From OCS155 cluster bacterium AG-333-G23 (lineage in GTDB: Bacteria; Actinomycetota; Acidimicrobiia; Actinomarinales; Actinomarinaceae): 64,000 nucleotides of DNA. Shown piece by piece: positions 47,244 through 56,234 of this stretch (within the stretch, counting starts at the first letter, position 1; every line of letters begins with the position of its first letter). Location: positions 14,836 to 78,835 of the forward strand of contig QBZE01000004.1 of NCBI GenBank assembly GCA_003282445.1, written 5' to 3'. A model generated the notes under the pieces. It ran no database searches, had not been told where the DNA came from, and worked only from the letters and a program-made list of their open reading frames with translations. The position numbers and the translations under genes are program-made.

Positions 47244-48327
47244 TTATAACATTACTAACTTTTTCAAACATTTTTTCGTTCAACCATTCTTTATTTATAA
47301 AATTTGGATATACGGGAAGCCGAGGTTTTAAAATTTGACCAGAATTATCTATTTTTATATTTAATTCATTTAAATCAGGCCAGAGATGATCTGGATTTAC
47401 TAAGTCAATCGTTTTTGGTGATATTCCACCTAAGTCATTAATACCACTAAACAAGAAATCATCAACTGATGAGAGAAGATTTGGAGGGACCTGTAATGAT
47501 ATGTGCTTAGGCAGAAATATTCGAACTGTTGCTATTATTCTCAAAAATAGATCATTCACTATTTCAGGATTGTTTTTCATTAATGTATTTCTTTTTGCTC
47601 TAAAGTTTTGAAGTATAATTTCTTGTATTGCTGTATTTTTAAGGCAAAATAATATTAAGTTTTCGATGTCTTGTATAAGCTCATCTTTAGTATCTGTAAT
47701 ACCTAAAAGTAATCCTGTGGTAATTGGATATTTAATTTTTTCTGCATTATTTATTGTTTCCAATCTTTTTTCTATTATCTTAGTTTTTGCTTTGTAATGT
47801 GGTTTACCAGGATTAAAGACATTTTTTGAAAAAGTTTCTAACATTAACCCACCTGAAGGAGAATGATTTTTATATTCTATAATTTCACTTGTAGTCATAA
47901 GGCCTGGATTAGCATGAGGAAATAAATTATATTTATCATTTACTCGTTTCATATTTTCAACTAAATAATCATGAGTAGAGGTAAATCCTAAATCTTTAAG
48001 TTGGGTTTTTGCTTCTTCCCACTTTTCTTCAGGTTTATCACCTAATGTAAAAAGTGCTTCATAGCAACTATTTTCATGACCGACTTTTCCTATAATATCA
48101 ACTTCATCAAAATTTAAATAGGTTCCACCTTCTTTTGGAGACTTTACAAAAGTACAATAACCACAAGAATCCTGACATAACGTTGTCAATGGTATGAATA
48201 CTTTTGGACTAAATGTAATATCACTACCAAATTCTTGCTTTTTTATAGAATACGCTTTTTCAGTTAATTCTTTTGTTGATATGTCACCAAAGAGACATTC
48301 TTCTATATTTTTACTTAATTCAGCCAT
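47203..48327 (-). CDS. cofG: FO synthase CofG-type radical-SAM subunit
   Basis: Radical-SAM CQDSCGYCTF. CofG-like (NPGLMT, GLLLGITDT, ILQNFRAK). Confidence 0.88.
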   Translation of the reverse strand: MAELSKNIEECLFGDISTKELTEKAYSIKKQEFGSDITFSPKVFIPLTTLCQDSCGYCTFVKSPKEGGTYLNFDEVDIIGKVGHENSCYEALFTLGDKPEEKWEEAKTQLKDLGFTSTHDYLVENMKRVNDKYNLFPHANPGLMTTSEIIEYKNHSPSGGLMLETFSKNVFNPGKPHYKAKTKIIEKRLETINNAEKIKYPITTGLLLGITDTKDELIQDIENLILFCLKNTAIQEIILQNFRAKRNTLMKNNPEIVNDLFLRIIATVRIFLPKHISLQVPPNLLSSVDDFLFSGINDLGGISPKTIDLVNPDHLWPDLNELNIKIDNSGQILKPRLPVYPNFINKEWLNEKMFEKVSNVINEDGYPKKYEYAS

Positions 48328-48406
48328 TTACTTACACATTCAGATAATATTATTATTTGATTGTAACAAGAAACAATGAATCTTTACACTCTAGAGAAGA
48401 GGAGAA

Positions 48407-49426
48407 TTGAAAAATATATCATTACTTGGTTTTGGAAGAATAGGTAGAGATCTATTTAGACAGAGTATTAACGAGGAAAATATAAATATTGTTTCAGTAT
48501 CTGATGTAGCTGATAAAGATAATCTTATTTATTTACTAAAATATGATTCTATCTATGGACCAATAGACGCTGATATTACTAAGACAGAAAATGGTATTTC
48601 AGTAAATAATAAAGAAACAACTTTTAATAATTGGAAAGATGCTGACGATTCTAACTGGGAATCAATTGACACTGACATAGTAGTTTTAGCTACTGGTAAA
48701 CAACAAGGCTCCGAAGAAGCTCAAAAGCATTTAGAAAAGGGAGCCAAAAAAATTATTATTGCCTCTACTCCAAAAGATAAAGAAGAAATAGATATATTTG
48801 TACCTGGAGCAAATGATGAAGATATCGATTTTTCTAAATCAATAATTTCTCTAGGATCAAATACAGCTAATGCATCAGCTCCAATCATTAAACTAATAAA
48901 CGAAAAAGTAGGAGTTGAACGAGTTTTCATAAATACTATTCATGGTTATTCAAATTCAAATAGACTAGCTGACGTTGCCGGAGAAGGATTTAGACAAAAT
49001 AGAGCAGCAGGTGAAAATATTATTCCAAACAAAACTAGCTCTTCAAATGTTATAGAAAAAGTTCTACCTTTCTTAAAGAATAAAATAACTTCATCTTCCA
49101 TGACTGTACCCATTCCAGATGGAAGTATTCTTGATTTGACGATTGATATAAAAGAAAAAACATCATCCGAAAATATAAATAAAATTATAGAAGATAGCAT
49201 AACGTCAAAGTATTTATCTAACAGAATTGGTATCACTTATGATCCTATTGTCTCATCTGATGTAGTAGGTAATTCTTTATCAGGATTAGTAGATGCAAAA
49301 TCAACAATGGACATCGATGATAAAAAAATAAAAATTTTAATTTGGTTTGATAACGGCTGGGGTTATTCTTCACGAATCCTTGAAACTATAAAAATCTATC
49401 AAAGGGAAGGTACCAATAATGAATAA
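48407..49426 (+). CDS. GAPDH-like protein lacking the catalytic cysteine (predicted non-canonical or pseudo-enzyme)
   Basis: Rossmann GFGRIGR and overall colinearity with the next gene. The active-site box is SLGSNTANASAP instead of SNASCTTNCLAP (Cys149 to Asn, Cys153 to Ala). STGAAKA becomes KTSSSNV and MRVP becomes MTVP (Arg231 to Thr). TTG start. Confidence 0.8.
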   Translation: MKNISLLGFGRIGRDLFRQSINEENINIVSVSDVADKDNLIYLLKYDSIYGPIDADITKTENGISVNNKETTFNNWKDADDSNWESIDTDIVVLATGKQQGSEEAQKHLEKGAKKIIIASTPKDKEEIDIFVPGANDEDIDFSKSIISLGSNTANASAPIIKLINEKVGVERVFINTIHGYSNSNRLADVAGEGFRQNRAAGENIIPNKTSSSNVIEKVLPFLKNKITSSSMTVPIPDGSILDLTIDIKEKTSSENINKIIEDSITSKYLSNRIGITYDPIVSSDVVGNSLSGLVDAKSTMDIDDKKIKILIWFDNGWGYSSRILETIKIYQREGTNNE

Positions 49427-50423
49427 CGTAGCTATAAATGGTTTCGGAAGAATAGGAAGATCTATTTTAAGAATAATTGTTGAGCAAGATTTAGATATAA
49501 ATGTTGTAGCTATAAATGATTTAGGAGATTATGAAAATTTAGCTTATTTATTTAAACATGATTCAATAATGGGAGTTTTAGATGCTGAAATTACTATTAA
49601 AAAAGATATCCTAAAAATTAATGATCGTGATATAAAACTCATATCAATATCTGATCCTTCTAAGTTGCCATGGAAAGATTTAAATGTAGAGATCGTTGTT
49701 GAATCAACTGGAATTTTTACAGATAGTGATTCATTAAATAAACATATAAATGCAGGTGCTAAAAAAGTGCTACTAACCGTGCCTCCTAAAGATGAGATAG
49801 ATGCAACCATTGTTCTTGGTGTAAATGATGATAATTTAACAAGTGAATCTAAATTGATATCTAATGCTTCCTGTACAACTAATTGTTTAGCTCCTATTGC
49901 AAAAGTATTAAACGATAATTTTACTATTCAATCTGGGTTGATGACAACTGTCCATGCTTATACTAATGATCAAGCTTTAGCCGAAACAACACATAAAGAT
50001 TTTAGACGTGGGAGAAATGCTACCCAAAATATTATTCCTACATCTACAGGAGCTGCAAAAGCAGTCGGTATGGTAATGCCAGAATTAAATGGGAAATTAG
50101 ACGGTATGGCAATGCGTGTTCCCGTACCAAATGGCAGTGTTGTAGACCTAATAGTTGAATTAGATAAATCTGTAACAGTTGAGGAAATTAATAAAGCAGT
50201 TAAAAAAGCATCTGAAAATGAACTTAATGGGATATTAAGCTATTCAGAAGTTCCTCTAGTTTCAACAGATATATTGGGGAATCCTAATTCAAGTATATAT
50301 GACGCTACCTCTACAGAAATATTAGAAAATAAACACGTTAGGGTAGTCTGTTGGTATGACAATGAATGGGGTTATTCAAATAGAGTTGTTGACCTTATCA
50401 ATAAGCTAATAGAAGAATATTAA
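49419..50423 (+). CDS. gap: type I glyceraldehyde-3-phosphate dehydrogenase
   Basis: NGFGRIGR, SNASCTTNCLAP, HAYTNDQ, STGAAKAV, MRVPVPNGS, WYDNEWGYS. Its start overlaps the upstream paralog by 8 nt. Confidence 0.93.
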   Translation: MNNVAINGFGRIGRSILRIIVEQDLDINVVAINDLGDYENLAYLFKHDSIMGVLDAEITIKKDILKINDRDIKLISISDPSKLPWKDLNVEIVVESTGIFTDSDSLNKHINAGAKKVLLTVPPKDEIDATIVLGVNDDNLTSESKLISNASCTTNCLAPIAKVLNDNFTIQSGLMTTVHAYTNDQALAETTHKDFRRGRNATQNIIPTSTGAAKAVGMVMPELNGKLDGMAMRVPVPNGSVVDLIVELDKSVTVEEINKAVKKASENELNGILSYSEVPLVSTDILGNPNSSIYDATSTEILENKHVRVVCWYDNEWGYSNRVVDLINKLIEEY

Positions 50424-50424
50424 A

Positions 50425-50847
50425 ATGAATAATAATTTACCAGATCCACCAAAAGCAGTAGGAAACTATACGACAATAAAAAAAATTGGTAATTTAATAT
50501 ATACATCAGGACATGTACCAATTACTGAAGATGTAAAATATATTGGAAAAATTCCTAATGACCAGACAACAGAAGAAGGATACGAGGCCGCATCACTATG
50601 TGCAGAGTTAACCCTTGCAACACTTTCAGAAAATTATGATCTTAAAAAATTAACACCAATAAATGTTGTTGGTTTTGTAAACTCTAGTGATGACTATACA
50701 GAACATCCAACAGTTCTAAATGGATTTACAGATAAGCTTGGTGAATACTTTGAATCAAAAGCTACTAGATCCGCTGTTGGTGTGTCTAGTCTACCAATGA
50801 ATGTGTGTGTAGAAGTACAAGCTATATTTCACATAGACGAGGAATAG
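50425..50847 (+). CDS. RidA/YjgF/TdcF family protein (enamine/imine deaminase family)
   Basis: About 140 aa with the family pattern GNLIYTSGHVP...RSAVGVSSLPMNVCVEV. Starts 1 nt after the gap stop. Confidence 0.75.
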   Translation: MNNNLPDPPKAVGNYTTIKKIGNLIYTSGHVPITEDVKYIGKIPNDQTTEEGYEAASLCAELTLATLSENYDLKKLTPINVVGFVNSSDDYTEHPTVLNGFTDKLGEYFESKATRSAVGVSSLPMNVCVEVQAIFHIDEE

Positions 50848-50850
50848 AAG

Positions 50851-51558
50851 TTGACTAATTTAACAATTGGTATATCAACAGGGATAAAAGATACAAAAAT
50901 GTCTCCTGGAATTATTCCGTGTGCTGTTTTAAGCGCTGAGTTTATAAAATTATGTAATAAATTTGAAGCTCATGCTGTAATATTTCCACCACAATATAAT
51001 AAACCAAATTTTTCATTGGATGGTATAGATGGCTTAATCGTTACAGGAGGTGGCGACATAGATCCATCTCATTACAACGAAAATCCAAGCGATAAATTAG
51101 AACGAGTATCTATGGATAGAGACTTAACCGAATTAAATTTATTAGAAAAAGCTGAAGAAAAGAATATTAAAACCTTAGCAATTTGTAGAGGTCATCAATT
51201 ATTGAATATTCATATGGGAGGGTCCTTACATCAAGACATACCTGATGCAGGTTTTAAAGATATAGAACATGCTAAACCCTACGAGAATGCAACTAAACAT
51301 ATACATGAGATAGAAATAGACAAAAATACAAAATTAAATCAAATATTAAAAGTTGAGACTTTAAAAGTAAACAGTATCCACCATCAAGCCATTAATAAAC
51401 TTGGAGACAATTTAGAAGTTTCTGCGAGATCATCAGATGGAATTATAGAAGGAATAGAAACAACTAATAATTGGGATGCGATCGGAGTCCAATGGCATCC
51501 TGAATATATCTCAGAAGATAAAGCATCAAATGATTTATTTGATTGGTTAATTAACTAA
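50851..51558 (+). CDS. class-I glutamine amidotransferase, peptidase C26 (gamma-glutamyl-gamma-aminobutyrate hydrolase-like)
   Basis: GGGDIDP, nucleophile ICRGHQLLN, SIHHQ, VQWHPE. TTG start. Confidence 0.8.
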   Translation: MTNLTIGISTGIKDTKMSPGIIPCAVLSAEFIKLCNKFEAHAVIFPPQYNKPNFSLDGIDGLIVTGGGDIDPSHYNENPSDKLERVSMDRDLTELNLLEKAEEKNIKTLAICRGHQLLNIHMGGSLHQDIPDAGFKDIEHAKPYENATKHIHEIEIDKNTKLNQILKVETLKVNSIHHQAINKLGDNLEVSARSSDGIIEGIETTNNWDAIGVQWHPEYISEDKASNDLFDWLIN

Positions 51559-52020
51559 TTTATTTTTTAAGATAAGTTTTTTATTTTCATAAGCAAAATA
51601 ATGGTCATTATAAGGTATTACTACTTCTTCATTGTCCCAAACATTGCAAAAAATATATTTATCTGAATAAAAATATCCTAGAATTTTTATATTATCATTT
51701 AATATTTCATTTATATAAAATCCAGGCCAAGGCAATCCATTATTTAGATAATGATCTATTTCTTCTATAGATATAGAGACTTCATAATTTCTTAGTTTTT
51801 CGGCACTATCTATATTGTCGATTTTTAATATCTTTACTAAAAATCGATTTTTTAAATGTTTTTTAATTTCTTTAATTTCATATTCTCTATTATTTATATA
51901 TACTTTTTTGTTCTTAAAACTAAATATACGAAAAAATATCTCGTGATTTATATAAAGATAGCCATTTAAAGAATGTGGTTTACCTAGGGTGCCAATATTA
52001 TATAGTTTTTTATTAATCAA
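51547..52020 (-). CDS. rimM: ribosome maturation factor RimM
   Basis: GTLGKPHSLNGYLYIN N-terminal barrel. Conserved position after the KH protein and rpsP. Confidence 0.8.
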   Translation of the reverse strand: MINKKLYNIGTLGKPHSLNGYLYINHEIFFRIFSFKNKKVYINNREYEIKEIKKHLKNRFLVKILKIDNIDSAEKLRNYEVSISIEEIDHYLNNGLPWPGFYINEILNDNIKILGYFYSDKYIFCNVWDNEEVVIPYNDHYFAYENKKLILKNKLVN

Positions 52021-52267
52021 TAAATTCTACTGAAGAATCAAGACCTTCTTCATCTGCTGCAGCTTGAGCAACTGTTCTTATAGCTCTTGCTACTCTACCT
52101 CTTTTTCCAATTACTCTTCCCATATCATCTGGTGAAGTTCTTACTTCAATTTGTACAGATTCTTCACTCGATGACGCTATGTCAACCTTGACAGATTTTT
52201 TATCTTCAACAATTTCTGAGACAATATATTCGACAACATTTTTTACTATTGTTCCTGTTTCACTCAT
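52013..52267 (-). CDS. KH-domain RNA-binding protein (UPF0109/YlqC)
   Basis: GRVIGKRGRVARAIRTV. ATGA overlap with the rpsP stop. Confidence 0.88.
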   Translation of the reverse strand: MSETGTIVKNVVEYIVSEIVEDKKSVKVDIASSSEESVQIEVRTSPDDMGRVIGKRGRVARAIRTVAQAAADEEGLDSSVEFID

Positions 52268-52707
52268 TCTTCTTCACTTACTTCCTCAGTAGTCTCTTCA
52301 CTTACTTCCTCAGTAGTCTCTTCACTTACTTCCTCAGTAGTCTCTTCACTTACTTCCTCAGTAGTCTCTTCTTCTGATTTATTATGCGCTTTAGAGCTAC
52401 TTTTTATCTTTGGTTCAGGAGGAGTTGGTATTGATACAACTTCTCCTTTTGTTGATCTCCATTGTGCCCATGCACCTGATATTTCTAAAATTTTTTGTGC
52501 TCTTTCTGATGGTTGGGCTCCTTTATCTAGCCATGATACGGCCTTCTCTACATCTATTTCAACAGTAGATGGATTGTCTTGTGGATTGTAAAAACCTAAA
52601 TCTTCTATATATTTACCATCTCTGGGTGATCTTGCATCTGCAACTACTACTCTATACGTTCTAGTCTTTTTCTTTCCTCTTTGCGCAAGTCTTATTTTTA
52701 CTGCCAT
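52264..52707 (-). CDS. rpsP: 30S ribosomal protein S16 with repetitive acidic C-terminal extension
   Basis: MAVKIRLAQRGKKKTRTYRVVVADARSPRDGKYIEDLGFYNP. The tail carries four copies of TTEEVSEE. Confidence 0.95.
   Translation of the reverse strand: MAVKIRLAQRGKKKTRTYRVVVADARSPRDGKYIEDLGFYNPQDNPSTVEIDVEKAVSWLDKGAQPSERAQKILEISGAWAQWRSTKGEVVSIPTPPEPKIKSSSKAHNKSEEETTEEVSEETTEEVSEETTEEVSEETTEEVSEEE
52272..52371 (-). repeat. 24-bp perfect tandem repeat, ~4.2 copies, inside the rpsP 3' end
   Basis: The unit CTTCACTTACTTCCTCAGTAGTCT occurs at 52272, 52296, 52320 and 52344, plus a partial fifth copy. It encodes (E)ETTEEVS repeats. Confidence 0.95.
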
Positions 52708-52827
52708 TTGTTTCCTTATTTATACACTTATATAAATTATTTAATCTTATTTATTGAACTTTAAATATAATATCAATAAATAATTAAAGGTAGAAATGAA
52801 TTATTAAATAAACTACTCTATCTTTAT

Positions 52828-53448
52828 ATGGAACTTATTGAAATTTCACACCCCCTAAAAGACCACTATTTATCAATTTTAAGAAACAAAGAAACAGATT
52901 TTGATACATTTAGAATATCAGCGTCAAAATTATCCTATCTTTTAGCAGTTGAAGCTACTAAGCATCTATCACTTAAAAATATTGAAATTGAAACACCATT
53001 AGTTACAACTAGTGCTCATGAAATTGAAAACAACTCTGTTGCTATCTCTGTTTTAAGAGCTGGATTAGGATTAGTCGATGGAGTAAAAGATTTAATTCCA
53101 AATGTCTCTTTTGGCTACATTGGAGTTCAAAGAAATGAAGAAACAGCTGAACCTGAGAATTATTATGAAAAATTACCAGAATTAAATGATAAGAATGTTT
53201 TTATTTTAGAGCCTATGCTCGCAACTGGAGGTTCTCTTTCCTTTGCTATTGAAACTGTGAAAAAATACAATCCTAAAAATATTCATGCTTTAACTGTTAT
53301 AGCTGCTCCAGAGGGAATTGATTTTATTAAGGAAAAACATGCAGATATTACTTTAATTACAGCATCCATAGATGAAAAGCTTGATGAAAATTGGTATATC
53401 GTTCCTGGTCTTGGCGATATGGGTGATAGGCTTTTTGGCACGACATAA
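52828..53448 (+). CDS. upp: uracil phosphoribosyltransferase
   Basis: PRPP loop LEPMLATGGS. C-terminal IVPGLGDMGDRLFGT. Confidence 0.93.
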   Translation: MELIEISHPLKDHYLSILRNKETDFDTFRISASKLSYLLAVEATKHLSLKNIEIETPLVTTSAHEIENNSVAISVLRAGLGLVDGVKDLIPNVSFGYIGVQRNEETAEPENYYEKLPELNDKNVFILEPMLATGGSLSFAIETVKKYNPKNIHALTVIAAPEGIDFIKEKHADITLITASIDEKLDENWYIVPGLGDMGDRLFGTT

Positions 53449-53457
53449 ATTCTAAAA

Positions 53458-54621
53458 ATGAAAAAATGTATATTAATTGTAATTGATTCTTTAGGTGTTG
53501 GAGCGGCACCTGATGCTAAAAAATATGATGATGAAGAAAGCAATACTTTTGGAAATGTGTCAAAAGTAAATGGAGAACTAAATTTACCAACTTTTAATAG
53601 ACTTGGTTTTGGTAAAATTACAACGATTAATGGTCTAGATTCAGAAAAATATGTCGCAACAGTAGGAAAATTAGCTGAAAAATCTACTGGAAATGATTCA
53701 ACAACTGGTCACTGGGAAATAGCAGGATTAATTAGCGAGAGTGAATTTAATATTTTCCCAAATGGTTTTCCTGAAAGTTTAGTAGATAAAGTAACTGATG
53801 AAACAGGATTTGAATTTATAGGAAATTTTCATGCATCAGGTACAGAAATAATAAATAATCTCGGGGAAGAACATCTAGCTACTAAAAAATTAATTCTTTA
53901 CACATCTGGTGATTCTGTTTTCCAAATAGCTGCACATGAAAATGTTTTAAGTATTGAGAAATTATATGATGTTTGTAAAACTGCACGAATAATATGTAAT
54001 GATTACAACATTGGAAGAGTTATAGCTAGACCTTTTAGAGGAAAACCTAATAATTTTGAAAGAACTTATGATAGGAAAGATTTTGGTATTACTCCCCCCG
54101 GCGAAACGTTATTGAGCTATCTTCATAAAAATAATTTTAAAACTCTAGGAATTGGAAAGATTAGTGATCTATTTGGTGATGAATTTTTAGATTCCTCTAT
54201 ACATACAGAAGGAGATCAAGATGGTTTAAATACTTTAATTAAAACTTATTCTGAAGGTTTATACGATTTATACTTTATTAACTTAGTTGATCTTGATATG
54301 TTGTATGGGCATAGAGAAGATCCCATCGGATACTATGAAGGTTTAAAAATAATAGATAAAAATCTCAATAAACTTATAAAGATACTTAATGATGAAGATT
54401 TACTAATACTAACTGGTGATCATGGTACAGACCCAACAGACGGTAAGACTGACCACTCAAGGGAGTATGTTCCATTAGTGGCTTATAAAAACAACTTGAA
54501 AGGAAACAATATAGGCGAGAAAGATAGCTTTTCTGTTATTGCATCCTCAATTGCAGAATTTTTTAACCTTAAAAACATATTTTATGGAGATAGCTTTCTT
54601 GAAGAAATTATTAAAAAATAG
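53458..54621 (+). CDS. deoB: phosphopentomutase
   Basis: VIDSLGVGAAPDA, GNDSTTGHWE, DLDMLYGHRED, GDHGTDPT. Confidence 0.93.
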   Translation: MKKCILIVIDSLGVGAAPDAKKYDDEESNTFGNVSKVNGELNLPTFNRLGFGKITTINGLDSEKYVATVGKLAEKSTGNDSTTGHWEIAGLISESEFNIFPNGFPESLVDKVTDETGFEFIGNFHASGTEIINNLGEEHLATKKLILYTSGDSVFQIAAHENVLSIEKLYDVCKTARIICNDYNIGRVIARPFRGKPNNFERTYDRKDFGITPPGETLLSYLHKNNFKTLGIGKISDLFGDEFLDSSIHTEGDQDGLNTLIKTYSEGLYDLYFINLVDLDMLYGHREDPIGYYEGLKIIDKNLNKLIKILNDEDLLILTGDHGTDPTDGKTDHSREYVPLVAYKNNLKGNNIGEKDSFSVIASSIAEFFNLKNIFYGDSFLEEIIKK

Positions 54622-54635
54622 ACTACTCTTTTACT

Positions 54636-55460
54636 ATGTATAAAAAAGTAAAAGAAACAAGTGAGTATTTAAACAAATCATTTAATAACGAATCTATACA
54701 TTCTGCAATAATCCTTGGTTCAGGAATGGGTGGCTTTGAAGATAAATTCGAAAAAATTTATTCCTTAGATTATTCTGATATACCAAATTTTATAAAACCA
54801 TCAGTAGAAGGGCATACAGGAAATCTTTCTTTAGTAAAGTTTGGAGAAAGGTTAACTGCAATTTTTTCTGGAAGAGCTCACTTTTACGAAGGTTATGATA
54901 TTAATGAAATCGTTTTGCCAACTAGAGTAATTGCTGATCTTGGTATAAAAAATTTAATAATAACTAATGCAGCTGGTGGTGTATCTAAAAATTATCAACC
55001 TGGAGATATAATTAATATCAAAGATCATATAAACCTAACTGGGAACAATCCACTTATTGGAAGTAATCTAGATGAGTTAGGACCAAGATTTCCTGATATG
55101 TCAAATGTATACAATAAAGAATTAAGAGATTTAGCAAAACAAATTTCTAAAGATTTATTTGAATATAAAGAAGGTATATATGCATGGTTTACTGGGCCTA
55201 CTTATGAAACTCCCTCTGAAGTTAACTTTGCTAAAATCATAGGCGCTGATTTAGTAGGTATGTCTACAGTTCCAGAAGCTATAGTTGCAAATCATGCTGG
55301 AATTAAAGTATCAGCATTTTCATTGGTAACTAATTTAGCAGCAGGAATCAGCAAAGATCCACTGTCTCATGATGAAGTAATTGAAATAGCAAATAAATCT
55401 AAAGATAAATTACAAAGTTTTATGGAAAAATTTTTAATAGAAATAAATTTAACTAATTAA
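54636..55460 (+). CDS. punA: purine nucleoside phosphorylase (PNP/MTAP family, trimeric type)
   Basis: GSGMGG, EGHTGNL, SGRAHFYEGY, GPTYETPSE, VGMSTVPEA. Confidence 0.9.
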   Translation: MYKKVKETSEYLNKSFNNESIHSAIILGSGMGGFEDKFEKIYSLDYSDIPNFIKPSVEGHTGNLSLVKFGERLTAIFSGRAHFYEGYDINEIVLPTRVIADLGIKNLIITNAAGGVSKNYQPGDIINIKDHINLTGNNPLIGSNLDELGPRFPDMSNVYNKELRDLAKQISKDLFEYKEGIYAWFTGPTYETPSEVNFAKIIGADLVGMSTVPEAIVANHAGIKVSAFSLVTNLAAGISKDPLSHDEVIEIANKSKDKLQSFMEKFLIEINLTN

Positions 55461-55484
55461 AAATAACTTATTAATATATAATTT

Positions 55485-56234
55485 ATGAAAATAGCTGTAT
55501 GCGCAAAACAAATACCAGATCCAGCTAATCCTATTGAATATTCGAATGGTAATGTTGTTAGACCCGATGAACAAGTTCTAGATGATACTGATAGATACGG
55601 TATTGAAGTTGCTTTACAACTAAAAGAAAAATATGATGCTGAAGTTACAGTGATTTCAATGACTAAAGTTGGAACTGAAAAAGGGGTCCAGCAGGCATTA
55701 CAAATGGGCCCAGATAAAGCTTTAATATTAGAAGATGAATCACTAGTCGGTTCTAATTCCTTAATGACTTCTAATGTGCTAAGTGAACTTGCAAAGAAAG
55801 TTGATGCTGACATTATAATTTTTGGTACAGAATCTACAGATGGTTACTCTGGAGTTGTACCACAACAAGTTTCAAGAATTTTAAATGTTCCATGTATTTC
55901 ATATGTTAAAAATATTGAGATAGATGAAAGTGTAACTTTAACAAGACAGACTATTGAAGGATCAGAAAAAATTAATCTACCAGAAAAGTGTGTTATTTCT
56001 GTTACAGCAAGTGGAGTTGAACCAAGATATCCAAATTTTAAAGATATTATGGCAGCAAAAAATAAACCTGTTGAAATTATTACAAAAAATGATATTGAAT
56101 TTGATACTGAACAAAATATGAATTTTGTAGAAATAAAAGATATCTCTACATCAAAACAAGGAGAAAAGATTACTGACGAAGGCGAAGCTCACCAAATAAT
56201 AATTGATAAGTTAAAGGAAATTAAAGCAATATGA
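55485..56234 (+). CDS. etfB: electron transfer flavoprotein subunit beta
   Basis: MKIAVCAKQIPD..., IIFGTESTDGYSGVVP. ATGA overlap with etfA. Confidence 0.9.
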   Translation: MKIAVCAKQIPDPANPIEYSNGNVVRPDEQVLDDTDRYGIEVALQLKEKYDAEVTVISMTKVGTEKGVQQALQMGPDKALILEDESLVGSNSLMTSNVLSELAKKVDADIIIFGTESTDGYSGVVPQQVSRILNVPCISYVKNIEIDESVTLTRQTIEGSEKINLPEKCVISVTASGVEPRYPNFKDIMAAKNKPVEIITKNDIEFDTEQNMNFVEIKDISTSKQGEKITDEGEAHQIIIDKLKEIKAI

